A stretch of DNA of 64,000 nt from the NCBI RefSeq assembly GCF_036365525.1, contig NC_090408.1, forward strand, positions 39,132,124 through 39,196,123. The letters run 5' to 3'. The notes under the pieces are model-generated. The model did no database searches. It had not been told where the DNA came from and was given only the letters and a program-made list of their open reading frames with translations. Shown here piece by piece: positions 38,525 to 49,923 of this stretch (positions are counted from its first letter, which is position 1; each line of letters begins with the position of its first letter). The position numbers were made by a program, and so were the translations under genes. The stretch is from Heterodontus francisci (lineage: Eukaryota).

Positions 38525-39597
38525 CCATCTGGCTTGTACAGGTCCCACCTTCCCCAGACCCGGTCCCAATGTCCCAGAAATCTGAAACCCTCCCTCCTGC
38601 ACCATCCCTCCAGCCATGCATTCATCCGGTGTATTCTTCTATTTCTATACTCGCATGTGGCTTTGGGAGTAGTCTGGAAATTACTACCTTTGAGGTCCTG
38701 CTTGCTAATCTCTTTCCTAACTCCCTAAACTCAGCCTGCAGGACCTCATCCCTTTTTCTACCTATGTCGTTGGTACCAATGTGGAGCACGGCCTCTGGCT
38801 GCGCACCCTCACCTTTCAGAATGTTCTGTAGCCGCTTGGTGATATCTATAATTCTTGCACCAGGGAGGCAACATACCATCCTGGAATCACGTCCACAACC
38901 ACAGAAAAGCCTGTCTGTTCCCGTAACTATAGAATCCACTACCACTATTGCTCTCCTATCTTTTCTCCTCTCTCTCTGCACAGCTGAGCCACCCATGGTG
39001 CTCTGGTCATGACTCTCGTTGCACTCTCCAGAGGAATCCTCTCCCCTATCAGTATTCAGAACTGAATACCAGTTAGAAAGTGAGATGCTCTCTGGGGACT
39101 CCTGCACTACCTGCCTTGTCCTTCTTGTCAATCTGGGAGCCACCCAGTACTCTCTACCTGCGCTCTCTTAAGCTGGGGGTGACCACCTCCTGAAATGTGC
39201 TATCCACGTATTTCTCATCCTTGCGAATGCACCTCAGTGACACCAGCTGCTCCTCAAGTTCCAAGATTCGGCGCTCAAGTTTTCGTGGCACTTTATGCAC
39301 TGTAGTTGTTCAGGATATGGGTAGGGTCCTGGAGTCCCCTCTTGGCACAGGATGTGCATTCGACAGATGTCAGCAGCACTGCCATACCTCGAATTATTTA
39401 TTTACTGCACCAAAAATTGGAAATTAAATAAACACAATAAAAAGCTTATAAATGGAACGAACAAATGAGTACTCACCTACCAATTACTGGTATTTTAGCT
39501 TCTACTTAGTAGATAGACTTATATGTGAGAGAAACAAATCACCTTACAGCTTTCCGATGATGTCACTGTTCACTTTTCTTCAAACTCAGGTGCACCC

Positions 39598-39818
39598 GGA
39601 CTCCTGTCCGCTGCTCTCCTGGATGGTAAGTGATGCAGGCCACGATCCTTATGCTTTATTTAAGTGCTCCCTACTCCATGTTCCTCCTGCAGGTCTGCTC
39701 CTGTCTGCTGCTCTCCTGGATGGTATGTGATGTAGGTCATGATCCTCATGCTTTATTTAACTGCTCCCTGCTCCGTGTTCCTCCCGCAGGTCCGCTCCTC
39801 TCCCGGAAGGTAAGTCCG
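39598..39818. repeat. 97-bp tandem repeat (~2.3 units) at the CR1 5' end
   Basis: ctgctctcctggatggta(a/t)gtgatg recurs with a 97-bp period (GT at 39626 and 39723); partial third unit to 39815. Confidence 0.9.
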
Positions 39819-42537
39819 TAACACCTTTAAAATATAGATATTTCTCCACCCCATCACCACCAGCTCCAAGTTGTTCTTGGTTCATTGAGGAAGCAAACTA
39901 CCTTTTCTAATGGATCTTGATATAGTACATGTATGAATATTTTGAAATTTCCCAAATAAACCCTTTTGGTTATATAGTTCAGAAGAAGCTATTTACCACA
40001 TTTAAACATAAAAGTAGCAAGGCCAATTTGATGTCTGTACTCTGGGGAAATCAAGTTACAATTTTAAAAAAACATGGCAAATGTAGAAGTGTGTTCGTCT
40101 ATCTTTGTTTTTCTGTGTTCAAGAATTTGTAGCTTCAGGGACATATTGACCAATCTCTGCAATCAAAATGTGCTTAAACACACAAAATAAAGATTTATGC
40201 TGTAGACTGAGTGTCTAAATATTGGCCAGTATGCTGAAACTGGACCAGCAAGTCTATTGCTGTGATTTCTCATCATAAAAAGGATCATCTTTCTTTGTGA
40301 ACTAATTTACAACACATACTCAAGAGATTAAAAAAATACTTGAATGCCAAAAATATTTTAAAAAACTGAGAATACAAGAACTTCAGTTGGGCCCTAATGA
40401 AGGGCCCCATCCAAAACACTGACCTTTCTTTCTCTTTCAGATTCTGACGGACATGCTGTTCACTGAGTAAAGTTCCACAATAATTGGTTGTGCCTGAGTT
40501 TCTTGCCTATTGGTCTTTATTTGAGTGCGAACCTTGACAATGAGTATTGGCAGGTTATCCAACCACAAAGGCCATCATAGCTAAGCCTGATCTTGTCTTC
40601 ACCCAACATCCACACATACATGCACATGTGCACACACACAATCACCAGAATGAGACTAACTGGGTTGAAATCAGGAGTGGCAGCATCAGTTGATGTTCTT
40701 CTCTCTGATCCCGGAGTGCTCATGCCAATTGTAGCACCACAACTTTTGCAGCAGCTGGGATCAGCAAACACAGCACAGGCCAGGAATCAAAACTGGGACA
40801 TTTTGTTTTTTTGTTTCAAGTCCCGTTCACCGATATCTTTACCTTCGGTTGTTTCTATCACCTGTGCAGTACTTGGAAAAATTGAACAGGTGCAATAATG
40901 GGAAGATGGTAGGGAAGATTAGAAGAAAATGAAGAATGGCTTTATAGACAATATTACAAAATTTTCATTAACCATGTTGGACACAGGAAGTGTGTAAATG
41001 CATTCCCGGTTTGATTCCTGGTCTGACCAGTTAGGCCAGTAGTAGGAAGACTGCAATTAGCCTCAATACTCCTGGAATACGGAGGGGAAAATTGGCCAGG
41101 CAGCCCTCTCTCAATCACTAAGCTTGCTGGAAACTATGCATTTTTGGAGAGGACAGGATCAGGCTCATGCCTGTTAGCACTCGCTACCCATGCTCACACA
41201 GAATGGGCACCTGGCTGAGGTACCAGGGGCATCCTGTGCTCATGGACCAATACCTGCAAGAAGTCAACACCTGGGCTGTACAGTTCAGTGCTGCACCAGG
41301 CAATGCAAAGTCATTGGAGGGGCTTAACTTGTTAGGTTTTCTTGTAACAGAAATCAATTTGGATTGGCACTCTGCATTGGGTACCATCATACATGTGTAT
41401 TGGGCTTTTTTTGTGCAGTACCATGGCTTTAAGATTAATGTGTTTTATTTGAAAGGCAAGCAAACGTATTCTCAGGCCTCTCCTGATACCACTGTTGAGC
41501 TAGGTGTTAGGAACCAGAGATGAGGCCCAGGCAGTGACTCACCTACAGATTTACCTCATTCCCCTAACCTCTGGGAGCAAAGTTCTTTGATGGAAAGTAT
41601 CTGATTTTGGATGTAGTATGCAAACGGTGAATGAGCCAGTCAGGATTTCTGGCCTTGTTTGGTTCCTCCTGGAAAGTGTGTATATGCATGATGGCAGGAT
41701 CAGCATTGAATAGTTTGCTGAACCCACTGTTTAAGCTTGCACATATGACCACTTGGGCGAGGTATCAGAGAACATCTAGTGAATTATAATACACCCCAGA
41801 CTTCAGGATGTGAGATGAGGCAGCTCTATATGGCTTAGTATCCTAATGGATTAGATCTGTATGAATGGATGATGGTGGGTGGGGTGAGGCTATTGTGTTT
41901 TATTTCTGTTGCAAGAAAAACTATTCAAGTTGGCACTCTGATTATTGCACCATGAGCCAATCTGTATGAAATGCTGATTGTGATCATCATTTATGTGTTC
42001 ACTGAAGAGGAGAATAAAATTAAATATAAATGCATGTTCTAGCGCAAAGCTTTTATGAGCAAATGAAACTTTATAACAGATGACAGCAAAATGGTTCACA
42101 AGTGGAACACACAGCTTGCAGGTTGTAACAGTTGCTTCTGTTTCCTTCTCTTTCATTTCCAATGCTCCCCATAAAGGCTTGGATAGAAAGTTTTGCTGCA
42201 TCATTTAGAAATTATATGTGTATATTAGAGCAGGCAGTCAGGTGCAGATTGCACGCACGCTGTAAAAAATGTTTTCAGTGCAGGGCAGCCTTGAACAGCG
42301 CAAGCTTTTGCAAATTTTCTACAGCCTTCAAAACCTCCTCCCAAGCAGCACAGGCTGTCTATGGTGTGTGTGTGTGTAATATAAAATTATTAATAGCAGT
42401 AACTTTGATTCAATTATAAGCAAAAAATAGTTTGTGCCACATCAGTTAGCAGGTTTTGAAAGGGTAAATTAAAAAGTAGTAATTTGGTGATCTCAAGCTT
42501 GTAGATTGAAGGAGGAAGAGAAGACTAAAGATGATAA

Positions 42538-43216
42538 GGGGCTGAATTTTACGTCCCACCCCCGTCCCAAAGAGCAGGATGGTGGCGGAGAGGTGGCGTA
42601 AAATGGAGCGGGAGGCTCCAGCAGCCCTTCCCGACCCGCTCCCGCCTCCGCTGCCACTTTATGCAGGGTGGCAGTGGCGTAAAATGGCCCGCCCGCCCCA
42701 GGCCAATCAAAACACTTAAGTGGCCACTTAAGGGCCTTCATCCGCCGCCACGGATATTTTACCCAACAAAAGCAGGCGGCTCTCTGACGGCCCAGCGGGG
42801 CCCTCATGATTGGGGACCCTCTGCCCGATGGAGGGCCGCCCTCGCTCTCCTAACCACCCCCAACACCCAACCCCCCCCCCACACCCCCATCCCAACAATC
42901 GACCACCCTTGCCTCACCGGGGCCTGACCGATTACCCCCAGTGAGGCAACCAAAACTTACCTTTGTTCCAGGCTCTCCGACATCTTCTTCTTCAAGCTGG
43001 CTGTAGTCCCACCAGTGGCCACCGCTTCCAGTGACGCTGCTGGGACAGATAGCTGCCAGCCCACTGATTGGCCATCAGCACTGTTAGGCAGAACTTCCTA
43101 CCTCAAGCGGGTGGAAGTCCCGCCTCACACCAGTTAAAGCCCGGCGACCCACAAAATACGGGTTGGATCTTTCAGTAGGTGGCCGGCTCCCATCCGCCCA
43201 GGGTTAAATCCCAGCC
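42538..43216. mobile_element. GC-rich non-autonomous DNA transposon/MITE (probably PIF/Harbinger-derived)
   Basis: Imperfect TIRs ggctgaatttta / taaatcccagcc, preceded by TAA. Sharp GC/CpG contrast with the flanks; internal palindrome ttaagtggccacttaa. Confidence 0.65.
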
Positions 43217-43411
43217 AAGGAATTTCACAGCTTTGTGGTATTGGGAAAACAATGAGTTAGTTTAAGAGGCAATATAGTGAGTCTTGATTTGAACACAGTT
43301 TGTGAGAAAGAGTTATGAGCAAGCAGATGAAAGGTTCAACGTAGTAAAGAAAAAACTTATTGAAATGAAAGCATTTATGTCGCAACTATCACAACCTCAG
43401 GATGTCACAAA

Positions 43412-43800
43412 GGGGGAAACGATGACATAGTGGTAATGTTACTGGACTAGTAATCCAGAGGCCTGGGCTAATGCCCTCGGGACACTGTTTCAAATCTCAC
43501 CTCTGGTGGAATATAAATTCAATTAATTAAAATCTGGAATTGAAAGCTAGTCTCAGTAATGGTGCAATGAAGCTATCATCAATTGTTGTAATAACCCATC
43601 TGGTTCACTAATGTCCTTTAGGGAAGGAAATCTGCCGCCCTTGCCTGGTCTGGCCTACATGTGACTCCAGACCCACAGCAATGTGGTTGACTCTTAACTG
43701 CCCTTTGAAATGGCCAAGCAAGCCACTCAGGCAATTAAGGATGCGCAACAAATGCTGTTCTTGCCAGTGATGCCCACATCCTAAGAAAGAATTTAAAAAA
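43412..43800 (+). mobile_element. Full-length tRNA-derived SINE (family B)
   Basis: A box TGACATAGTGG, B-box-like GTTTCAAATC, conserved body, LINE-derived tail ggcaattaaggatgcgcaacaaatgctg...cccacatcc-A-rich. Confidence 0.82.
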
Positions 43801-43824
43801 CTCCACAGTGAATGAAATATAGTC

Positions 43825-43942
43825 ACTGTGGAGAGAGAAAAACAGAATTAATGCTTCAGGTCAGTGACCTTTCATCAGAACTCATAAGCACTTTCTGCTT
43901 TTATTTCAGATTTCCAGCATCTTCAGTATTTTTGCTTTTGTC
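43825..43942. repeat. Penelope-derived repeat with internal inversion
   Basis: Minus strand reads gagttCTGATGAaaggtcactgacctGAAGCATTaattc; the family tail follows in the opposite orientation. Confidence 0.72.
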
Positions 43943-44478
43943 TAAGTATAACCACTGTTATAATGTAGGAAACCACGTGGCACTGGAACTACAAGCTGAA
44001 GGAAAACGAAAGGAGACATTTTTCACTTTGGCACTACTTTGATTAGTACCTGCTACGAATGCATATTGGGAAATGGTGTATCCCCAGCCCATTATTTTCA
44101 GTCCAGGGATCTGGAATGTATGATTTCCCGATTTGTGCTCCAGGTGAGCTCCGTAGGATTGTTGAGGTGGAAAATCTCCCCTATAATTTCCACAAACTGA
44201 CGCAAGAATGTGCAGATTACAAAAGCATATGATCTTTCCAGGAAATGTGAAGTAGTAAACCAAGCAAACTCACCGGTAACAGAAAAAAAGATTACCTGGC
44301 AAATGTGATTCAATGCCTTTGAGGTGCAGCTGAATGTGAAAAAATAATTTGGTGTGCTTATTGAGGCAGAACCAGGTGAAATTCTCCAACGTCTGGATCT
44401 CATTGGCCAAGTGGTGATGGCTAGCCAGCAAGCCATCAACATTCCCCCAGCACAGAAAAAAGATATGCACCACCCAAT

Positions 44479-44543
44479 TTCTTTTGGGCCTCCTTATCTC
44501 GTGAGACAATGGATACGCGCCTGGAGGTGGTCAGTACCACCAC
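44479..44543 (-). mobile_element. Minimal RTE 3' stub (~55 bp) with 11-bp TSD
   Basis: Near-identical (one mismatch seen) to 4846-4901. TSD caccacccaat at 44468-44478 and 44544-44554. Confidence 0.88.
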
Positions 44544-44756
44544 CACCACCCAATACTTTATATAAATATACACATACCAACATACATATATATATATATA
44601 TATGTGTGTATATTATAAAAAATGAACTATGCATACAACACATTATACCAACAACATATGCCAATTTGTTGTAACTAAGAACTGCAATCAAAAAACAGAT
44701 TGAAGATGTGAAGGGAACACACTTTATAACACTGTATGAATATTATTATGACATAC

Positions 44757-45029
44757 CTGCTGAAGGTTGTATATATCATATTCCCCAGGTGGCACTGGCA
44801 CACAAGCACTCGCAAAGATCCTTTTGCCTCCAGACTTGGTGCTATACAGATGGGCCACTTCCGGTTCCGGGCCCAGAATTGGTACATTTAGCATATCTGC
44901 AACAGCTAAGTCATCCTTGTGTAGCAGCCTGCCAACAATGTATGCAGCCTTGCCTTCAATAAGATTTTTTATTCGCTTTATTGTCTTGGGACTGTATTTC
45001 AGATGAGTGGCCAGGCACAAGTGGTGGTT
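44757..45029 (-). CDS. IQCH: IQCH exon ([15 protein letters not shown]...[23 protein letters not shown]...[12 protein letters not shown])
   Basis: Acceptor CTATTCACAG|, donor CAG|GTATGT, 273 nt, phase 0-0. Highly conserved IQCH block. Confidence 0.96.
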
Positions 45030-47217
45030 CTGTGAATAGTGACATTACTCTTGTTAAATTGTGTCCTTTTCTGCTCCCAAGGCCTAATTTATTATGCTGT
45101 ACACAACAAATACATTATTAATAGTAGACTAGGTTGTGACCAGAGCTATAGTTTAGCAGTTTAAATTGATAAAAGCCACCAGTGTGGAGACTCACAACAG
45201 TTTCATAATCCTTCACATTTTTAGTGCATCGTAAATGGGTTCCTTGGGAATTCAACTAATTACTACACATCTGTATTTATTTGATCCACGTGGAATTATC
45301 CTTCTGTCGCTTGAAAAGATGCTGGTAGCCTTCAATAACAATGATTTATCTAAACGACAGTTGTGGCACAGTTTAAGACTAAAGCTTGGAGAAAATCAAT
45401 ACAAATAACTAACAAAAAATGCATCAGCTGGATTGTACTGACATTAAAAAAAACACACACACAGTCCTATAGATACAGTTCTACAGGTTACCAGTCTGTA
45501 ACAAATTCCTTCTCACAGTACATGCTGTGCTGTTTATTAATCTTCTCAATTAATTTTCTTGAACTAGGGGCTTGTAATATAGGAAACCTTTTATATGGAG
45601 TTTAAAGTTGTTCAATAGTTATAACAAATGTTATCTGCAGTGGGACTCATGCAAAATATTTGTTAAAAAGAAAATGGCTGCTTATCCGAACACTGTGGAT
45701 AAAGGTACCACCTGGTCTAGCACGGATCTGAAAGTCTAAGCTTAAACTCTCAATTTGTGTTGTTAGCTGATCTCGGCCAAGAGGCATTTGGCACATTAGA
45801 ACCGGACTCAGCATTCCTGAATTTAGGAAGAAGAGGGGAAAAATAAAATTCAGCAGTGTTTACCACTCCTGATCGCTAACCAGCAACTAATGCTGCAAAG
45901 AGTTGCCGTGTGTGGAGTTTGGATAAGCACAGGGTGAGTCTTGATTGGGATTCCCACTCTGGTTCAAAAGCTTGATAAAATTCATTGTCTAGGACCACAC
46001 ATGAAGAATCATCATTTAAAAAATGGCCCTGATGGGCTACAAACCGCCATACTGTTTGAATCAGCAAACACAGCAAAGTAAAGGGACCCTCTAAGTCTAT
46101 ATGGTTTAGTACTACAGAAGTATCTGTATTCACCCGGCCTAAGTGGGAATTGAAAATAAATTCATTCATTAAACTAATTTGTTCTGATTTCTGTACAATT
46201 ACAACATGGAAAGAAATCCTCTAGATAAAAATGCAGGGGAGATATAGCTGTCAAAGAGTACCTGTAACTGTGCTAGGACAAACTTATATTATCGAAGGCA
46301 AAGGGAGTATCACGGCAAGCCACCAGGGAAATGGGAAGCTCTGCCGCTGTCATATTATGGGCTGTCTGTCACATTATAGGCTATTGACCTCTTTGAGGAT
46401 TTCTGATAGGGGTCACACCACACCAAACAGCTAAGCATGATCCCACAATCAAAATCACCTGCACAAGTCTTAAACTGTATTCAATACGCAAAAATACAGA
46501 CTTTGTTCTTAAATTTTTTAATATCATTGCAACTTTCAATCCAATGTATATTTTACAGCTCTGTTCTCATCTTGTATCTGCAACTAATTGCTTGTTTTTC
46601 TGTTAACTTTTGTATTTTTATAAGCCTATTTTTCTCCCCAGCAAAGACACCTTCACTGTACCCACATGATGAGATCTTTCCTGAATGCACAAACATTGTT
46701 TTGTTTATTTTCTGAGTACTTGTACCTTCACTTTGTGAATGCTGCGCTCATCAAGGTGAAGTTTTTTAAGGGCTGGCATAGACAAACCTTTCCCTTTTGT
46801 GCCACCAGGTGAAAGCATACGTGGAGCACTGTTCTCACTGACCGACACTGTCTCCCGGTCAAGCAATGTCTTGATTTTAAAACTCTCATCCGTTTTCAAA
46901 CCCCTCCATGGCCTTGCCTCTCTTTATCTTTGTAATCTCCTCCTGCCTCACAACCCTCCAAGATATCTGTTCTCCTCTAATTCTGGCCTCTTGTGCATCC
47001 CTAATTTTAATCGTTCCACCATTGATGGCCACACCTTCAGTTACCTAGACCCTAAGCTCTGGAATACCTTTCCAACACCTCTTTGCCTCGTCAACTTGCT
47101 TTCTTCCTTTAAAACGCTCCTTAAAAGCTAGATCTCTGACCAAGCTTTTGGTCATCTGACCTAATGTGGCTCAATATCATACTCAGTTTTATAATGCTCC
47201 GGTAAAGCACCATTAAA

Positions 47218-47556
47218 GGCAGCACAGTGGCGCAGCTGTTAGCACCACAGCCTCACAGCTCCAGCGACCCGGGTTCAGTTCTGGGTACTGCCTGTGCGGA
47301 GTTTGCAAGTTCTCCCTGTGACCGCGTGGGTTTCCACCGGGTGCTCCGGTTTCCACCCACAGCCAAAGACTTGCGGGTTGAAAGGTAAATTGGCCATTGT
47401 AAATTGCCCCTAGTGTAGGTAGGTGGTAGGAGAATGGTGGGGATGTGGTAGGGAATATGGGATTAATGTAGGATTAGTATAAATGGCTGGTTGATGGTCG
47501 GCACAGACTCAGTGGGCCGAAGGGCCTGTTTCAGTGCTGTATCTCTAAATAAATAA
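47218..47556 (+). mobile_element. V-SINE (HE1-type shark SINE), full length
   Basis: tRNA head (TGGCGCAGCTG.., GGTTCAGTTC), V-domain gagtttgcaagttctccctgtgaccgcgtgggtttccaccgggtgctccggtttcc, CR1-type tail gggccgaagggcctgtttcagtgctgtatctctaaataaat. Flanking taaagg duplication within an L2 tail. Confidence 0.9.
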
Positions 47557-48344
47557 AGGTTCGCTATAAATGTAAGTTGCAAGTGTTGCTGTTGTTGGTA
47601 GTTGCAGAGTTTAGCTCCTTTCCACCAGATGCCTCAACCTCAAAGTAGCATCCTCTGTACAAGTGTGAGTCCCCAAAATGGGAAAATTATCAATTTCCTA
47701 ACATTAGTATCCCTCATCTCTTGAGCGTACTTGTTTTGAGTGCGATTGCCAAATTTAGAGTCAATTAGTACAAGCATATGAAAAATACAGGAAAAGACCA
47801 ATTCAGTCCATCCAGCCCATGTCATCTGCTAATGGTGTAGTCTGCATGCACCCTCAACCTTCTCCCCATCATGTAATTTTCTGACGGGGAAGAAATCAGG
47901 TGGGGGGAGTGGGTGGCGGGGAGAAACCTGGTCAATGCCAATTTAGTAAACTGAGGAAAAATCCTCTCCACCTTCCAAAGCAATCAAACAAGTTGCAGGA
48001 GACTGCAGTAACTGATATCACAAGTTATAGTTAACCCTAATCTACCTTCTCTAACTCAAGATGTCTTCCATTTTAGGGAACTCAACAAGCTTCCTTCTGA
48101 AGGTTTGTAGTGAATCCATACTTACCGCATGTTCTGGCAATCCATTCCAGAAGTCGATGACTCTGGAAGGAATTACTTCTTGGCATCTAACCTAACCCTA
48201 TATTTTCATACTTTGTAACGATGCCCTCTAGTCATTCCGTTCTTATCTAGCACAAATCCTAAAGATTGATGGAACTGAAGCTGTTTCTGCTAGTTAATAG
48301 ATAATAAATAAATATTAGTTGACCCGTAATAATAAATAATGAAT

Positions 48345-48775
48345 TCAATTAGTTCTCCTTAGAGCAGAGAAGGCTAAGAGGAGATTTAATAGAGGCATTT
48401 AATACCATAAAGGGCTTAGACAGAGTAAATACAGAGAAACTGCTTCCAATGGCAGACAGGTCGATAACCAGAGGACACAAATTTAAGGTAATTGTCAGAA
48501 AAACCAGAAGCAACATGAGGAAAAACATTTTTATGCAACAAGTGGTTAGGATTTGGAATGCACTGCCTGATAGGGTGGTGGATACAGATTCAATAGTAGC
48601 TTTCAAAGGGGAATTGGATAAATACTTGAAGGAGAAAAAAAATTATAGGGATATGGGGAAAGAGCCAGGAAGTGGGAATAACTGGATTGCTCTTCGAAGG
48701 AGCCTGTGCTTATTGATTGGCCGAATGGGCTCCTTCTGTGCTGCACTATTCTATGATTTTATAATTCTCTATAAT
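48345..48775 (+). mobile_element. CR1 3' fragment
   Basis: EQRRLRGDLIE, TRGHKFKV, VVRIWNALP; tail ttctatgattttataattctctataattcta. Confidence 0.85.
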
Positions 48776-49747
48776 TCTAAACACCAATTATTGCTAAACA
48801 ATAAGCTGTTTCATGCTTTACGCTTTGGGCCCATCCTACTTGAAACTGGGTCGAGATTGGCAAAATCCAGTTTACATAGGTCATTTGCAGTCAATGGGAA
48901 GAGGAGACCTTCATCCCCACTTTTTGCGCTGGATTTGAACTTGGCCTCCAAGGATGATTGACCAGCATCTAAACCCTTGCACTGCTCAGTCTCCCATTTC
49001 TCATTACTTTTTCCTGTATTACATACAATTGGCAACATGCCCAAGTACGGAAGAAATTAAATTATTCTCAGAATTATTTTTGGTCATGTGCAGAAACATT
49101 TCCGATTATGGCCACAAACCATAATATTTATAACTGCAATGTTCCTAGATTACAGTCTATGCAGATATGTATTTTCCTTTCTATGTCCTTGATTGGAGAA
49201 ATACAGGAAAACAATCTGGATGCTACCAATTTATTTTCCTTCCTGTATCATTTTACAGAACATTTCCCTGTAATAAAAAAAAATGAAATTCTTGTACTAT
49301 CCCCAATACACTAAGGATGAAGGTATATACATGTGAATATTGGTAGCCCTTTTTAAATTTACGAATATATACAGGATTGTACACTGAATTGATCCTCTTG
49401 ACGCCATAAAGTGGTGGGATGCGAGCTGCAAATCCCATACAATACGGCAGTGAGGATGCAGGTTCTACCTCTGAGGGATGAAGGAGAATTACTGGGTGTT
49501 CTAGCAGATAGTTACAGAGTACCATTGGTAGCATCCTGAAAGAATATCCTCTTGGGAATGATGCTTATTGTGGAGTGACCAAAGGAAGAGAAAATGGAAG
49601 AAAAGTGTCATCCTTCATGGAAAAGAAAAATCAGAAAAAAAGAAATGATTGGTTTGCATGTTCATAAATGCAGTGATGAATCTTGATTTCTGTTCTAATT
49701 TACACTCCACCTCTGATCAAGTTTTATGAAGTCAGTGAGAAACCTAC

Positions 49748-49923
49748 AGGAAAATGACTTGCTGCCTCGGGGGTAATGACTTTGAGACGATCTTCCATAT
49801 CCACTACCTTCTCAGGTGTCCCTGTTTTGACGGCTTCTTGCAGGCCAAGTAATTTCATGTAGTATTGGGTCACATCTTCACCAATCCAAAGGGGGCAAAT
49901 ATAGATAACATCTATATTGTTAT
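49748..49923 (-). CDS. IQCH: IQCH exon (DNNIDVIYICPLW...DRLKVITPEAASHFP)
   Basis: Acceptor TTTTTCCTCCCTAG|, donor CCT|GTAGGT, 176 nt, phase 1-0. Confidence 0.93.

Larger units (their letters stand above)
35155..39820 (-). mobile_element. Second near full-length decayed CR1 (esterase ORF1 + EN/RT ORF2), interrupted by a hAT MITE
   Basis: ORF1 VDS..VCCLPGA..HIGTND (38622-39143); EN LDLVFGN, SDHN (37160-37576); RT KSPGPDG, NYRPVSLT, KFADDTK; tail ttctatggctctatgg. Confidence 0.94.

Noticed and set aside
34340-39820. CRISPR-like arrays or a prokaryotic RT/retron system (repeats next to reverse transcriptases)
   Set aside because: The repeats are whole-unit tandem duplications with no unique spacers, the RTs are CR1 LINE ORF2, and the context is a spliced vertebrate gene.
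42538-43216. CpG-island promoter of a nested gene
   Set aside because: The GC-rich block is bounded by terminal inverted repeats with sharp edges; better explained as a MITE.
49253-49540. Possible extra exon (ttctttcag|GATGC...GAG|GTAGAA) or 93-aa ORF
   Set aside because: Flanking IQCH exons already join in frame and match the known protein continuously; the donor is weak and no homology was recognised.
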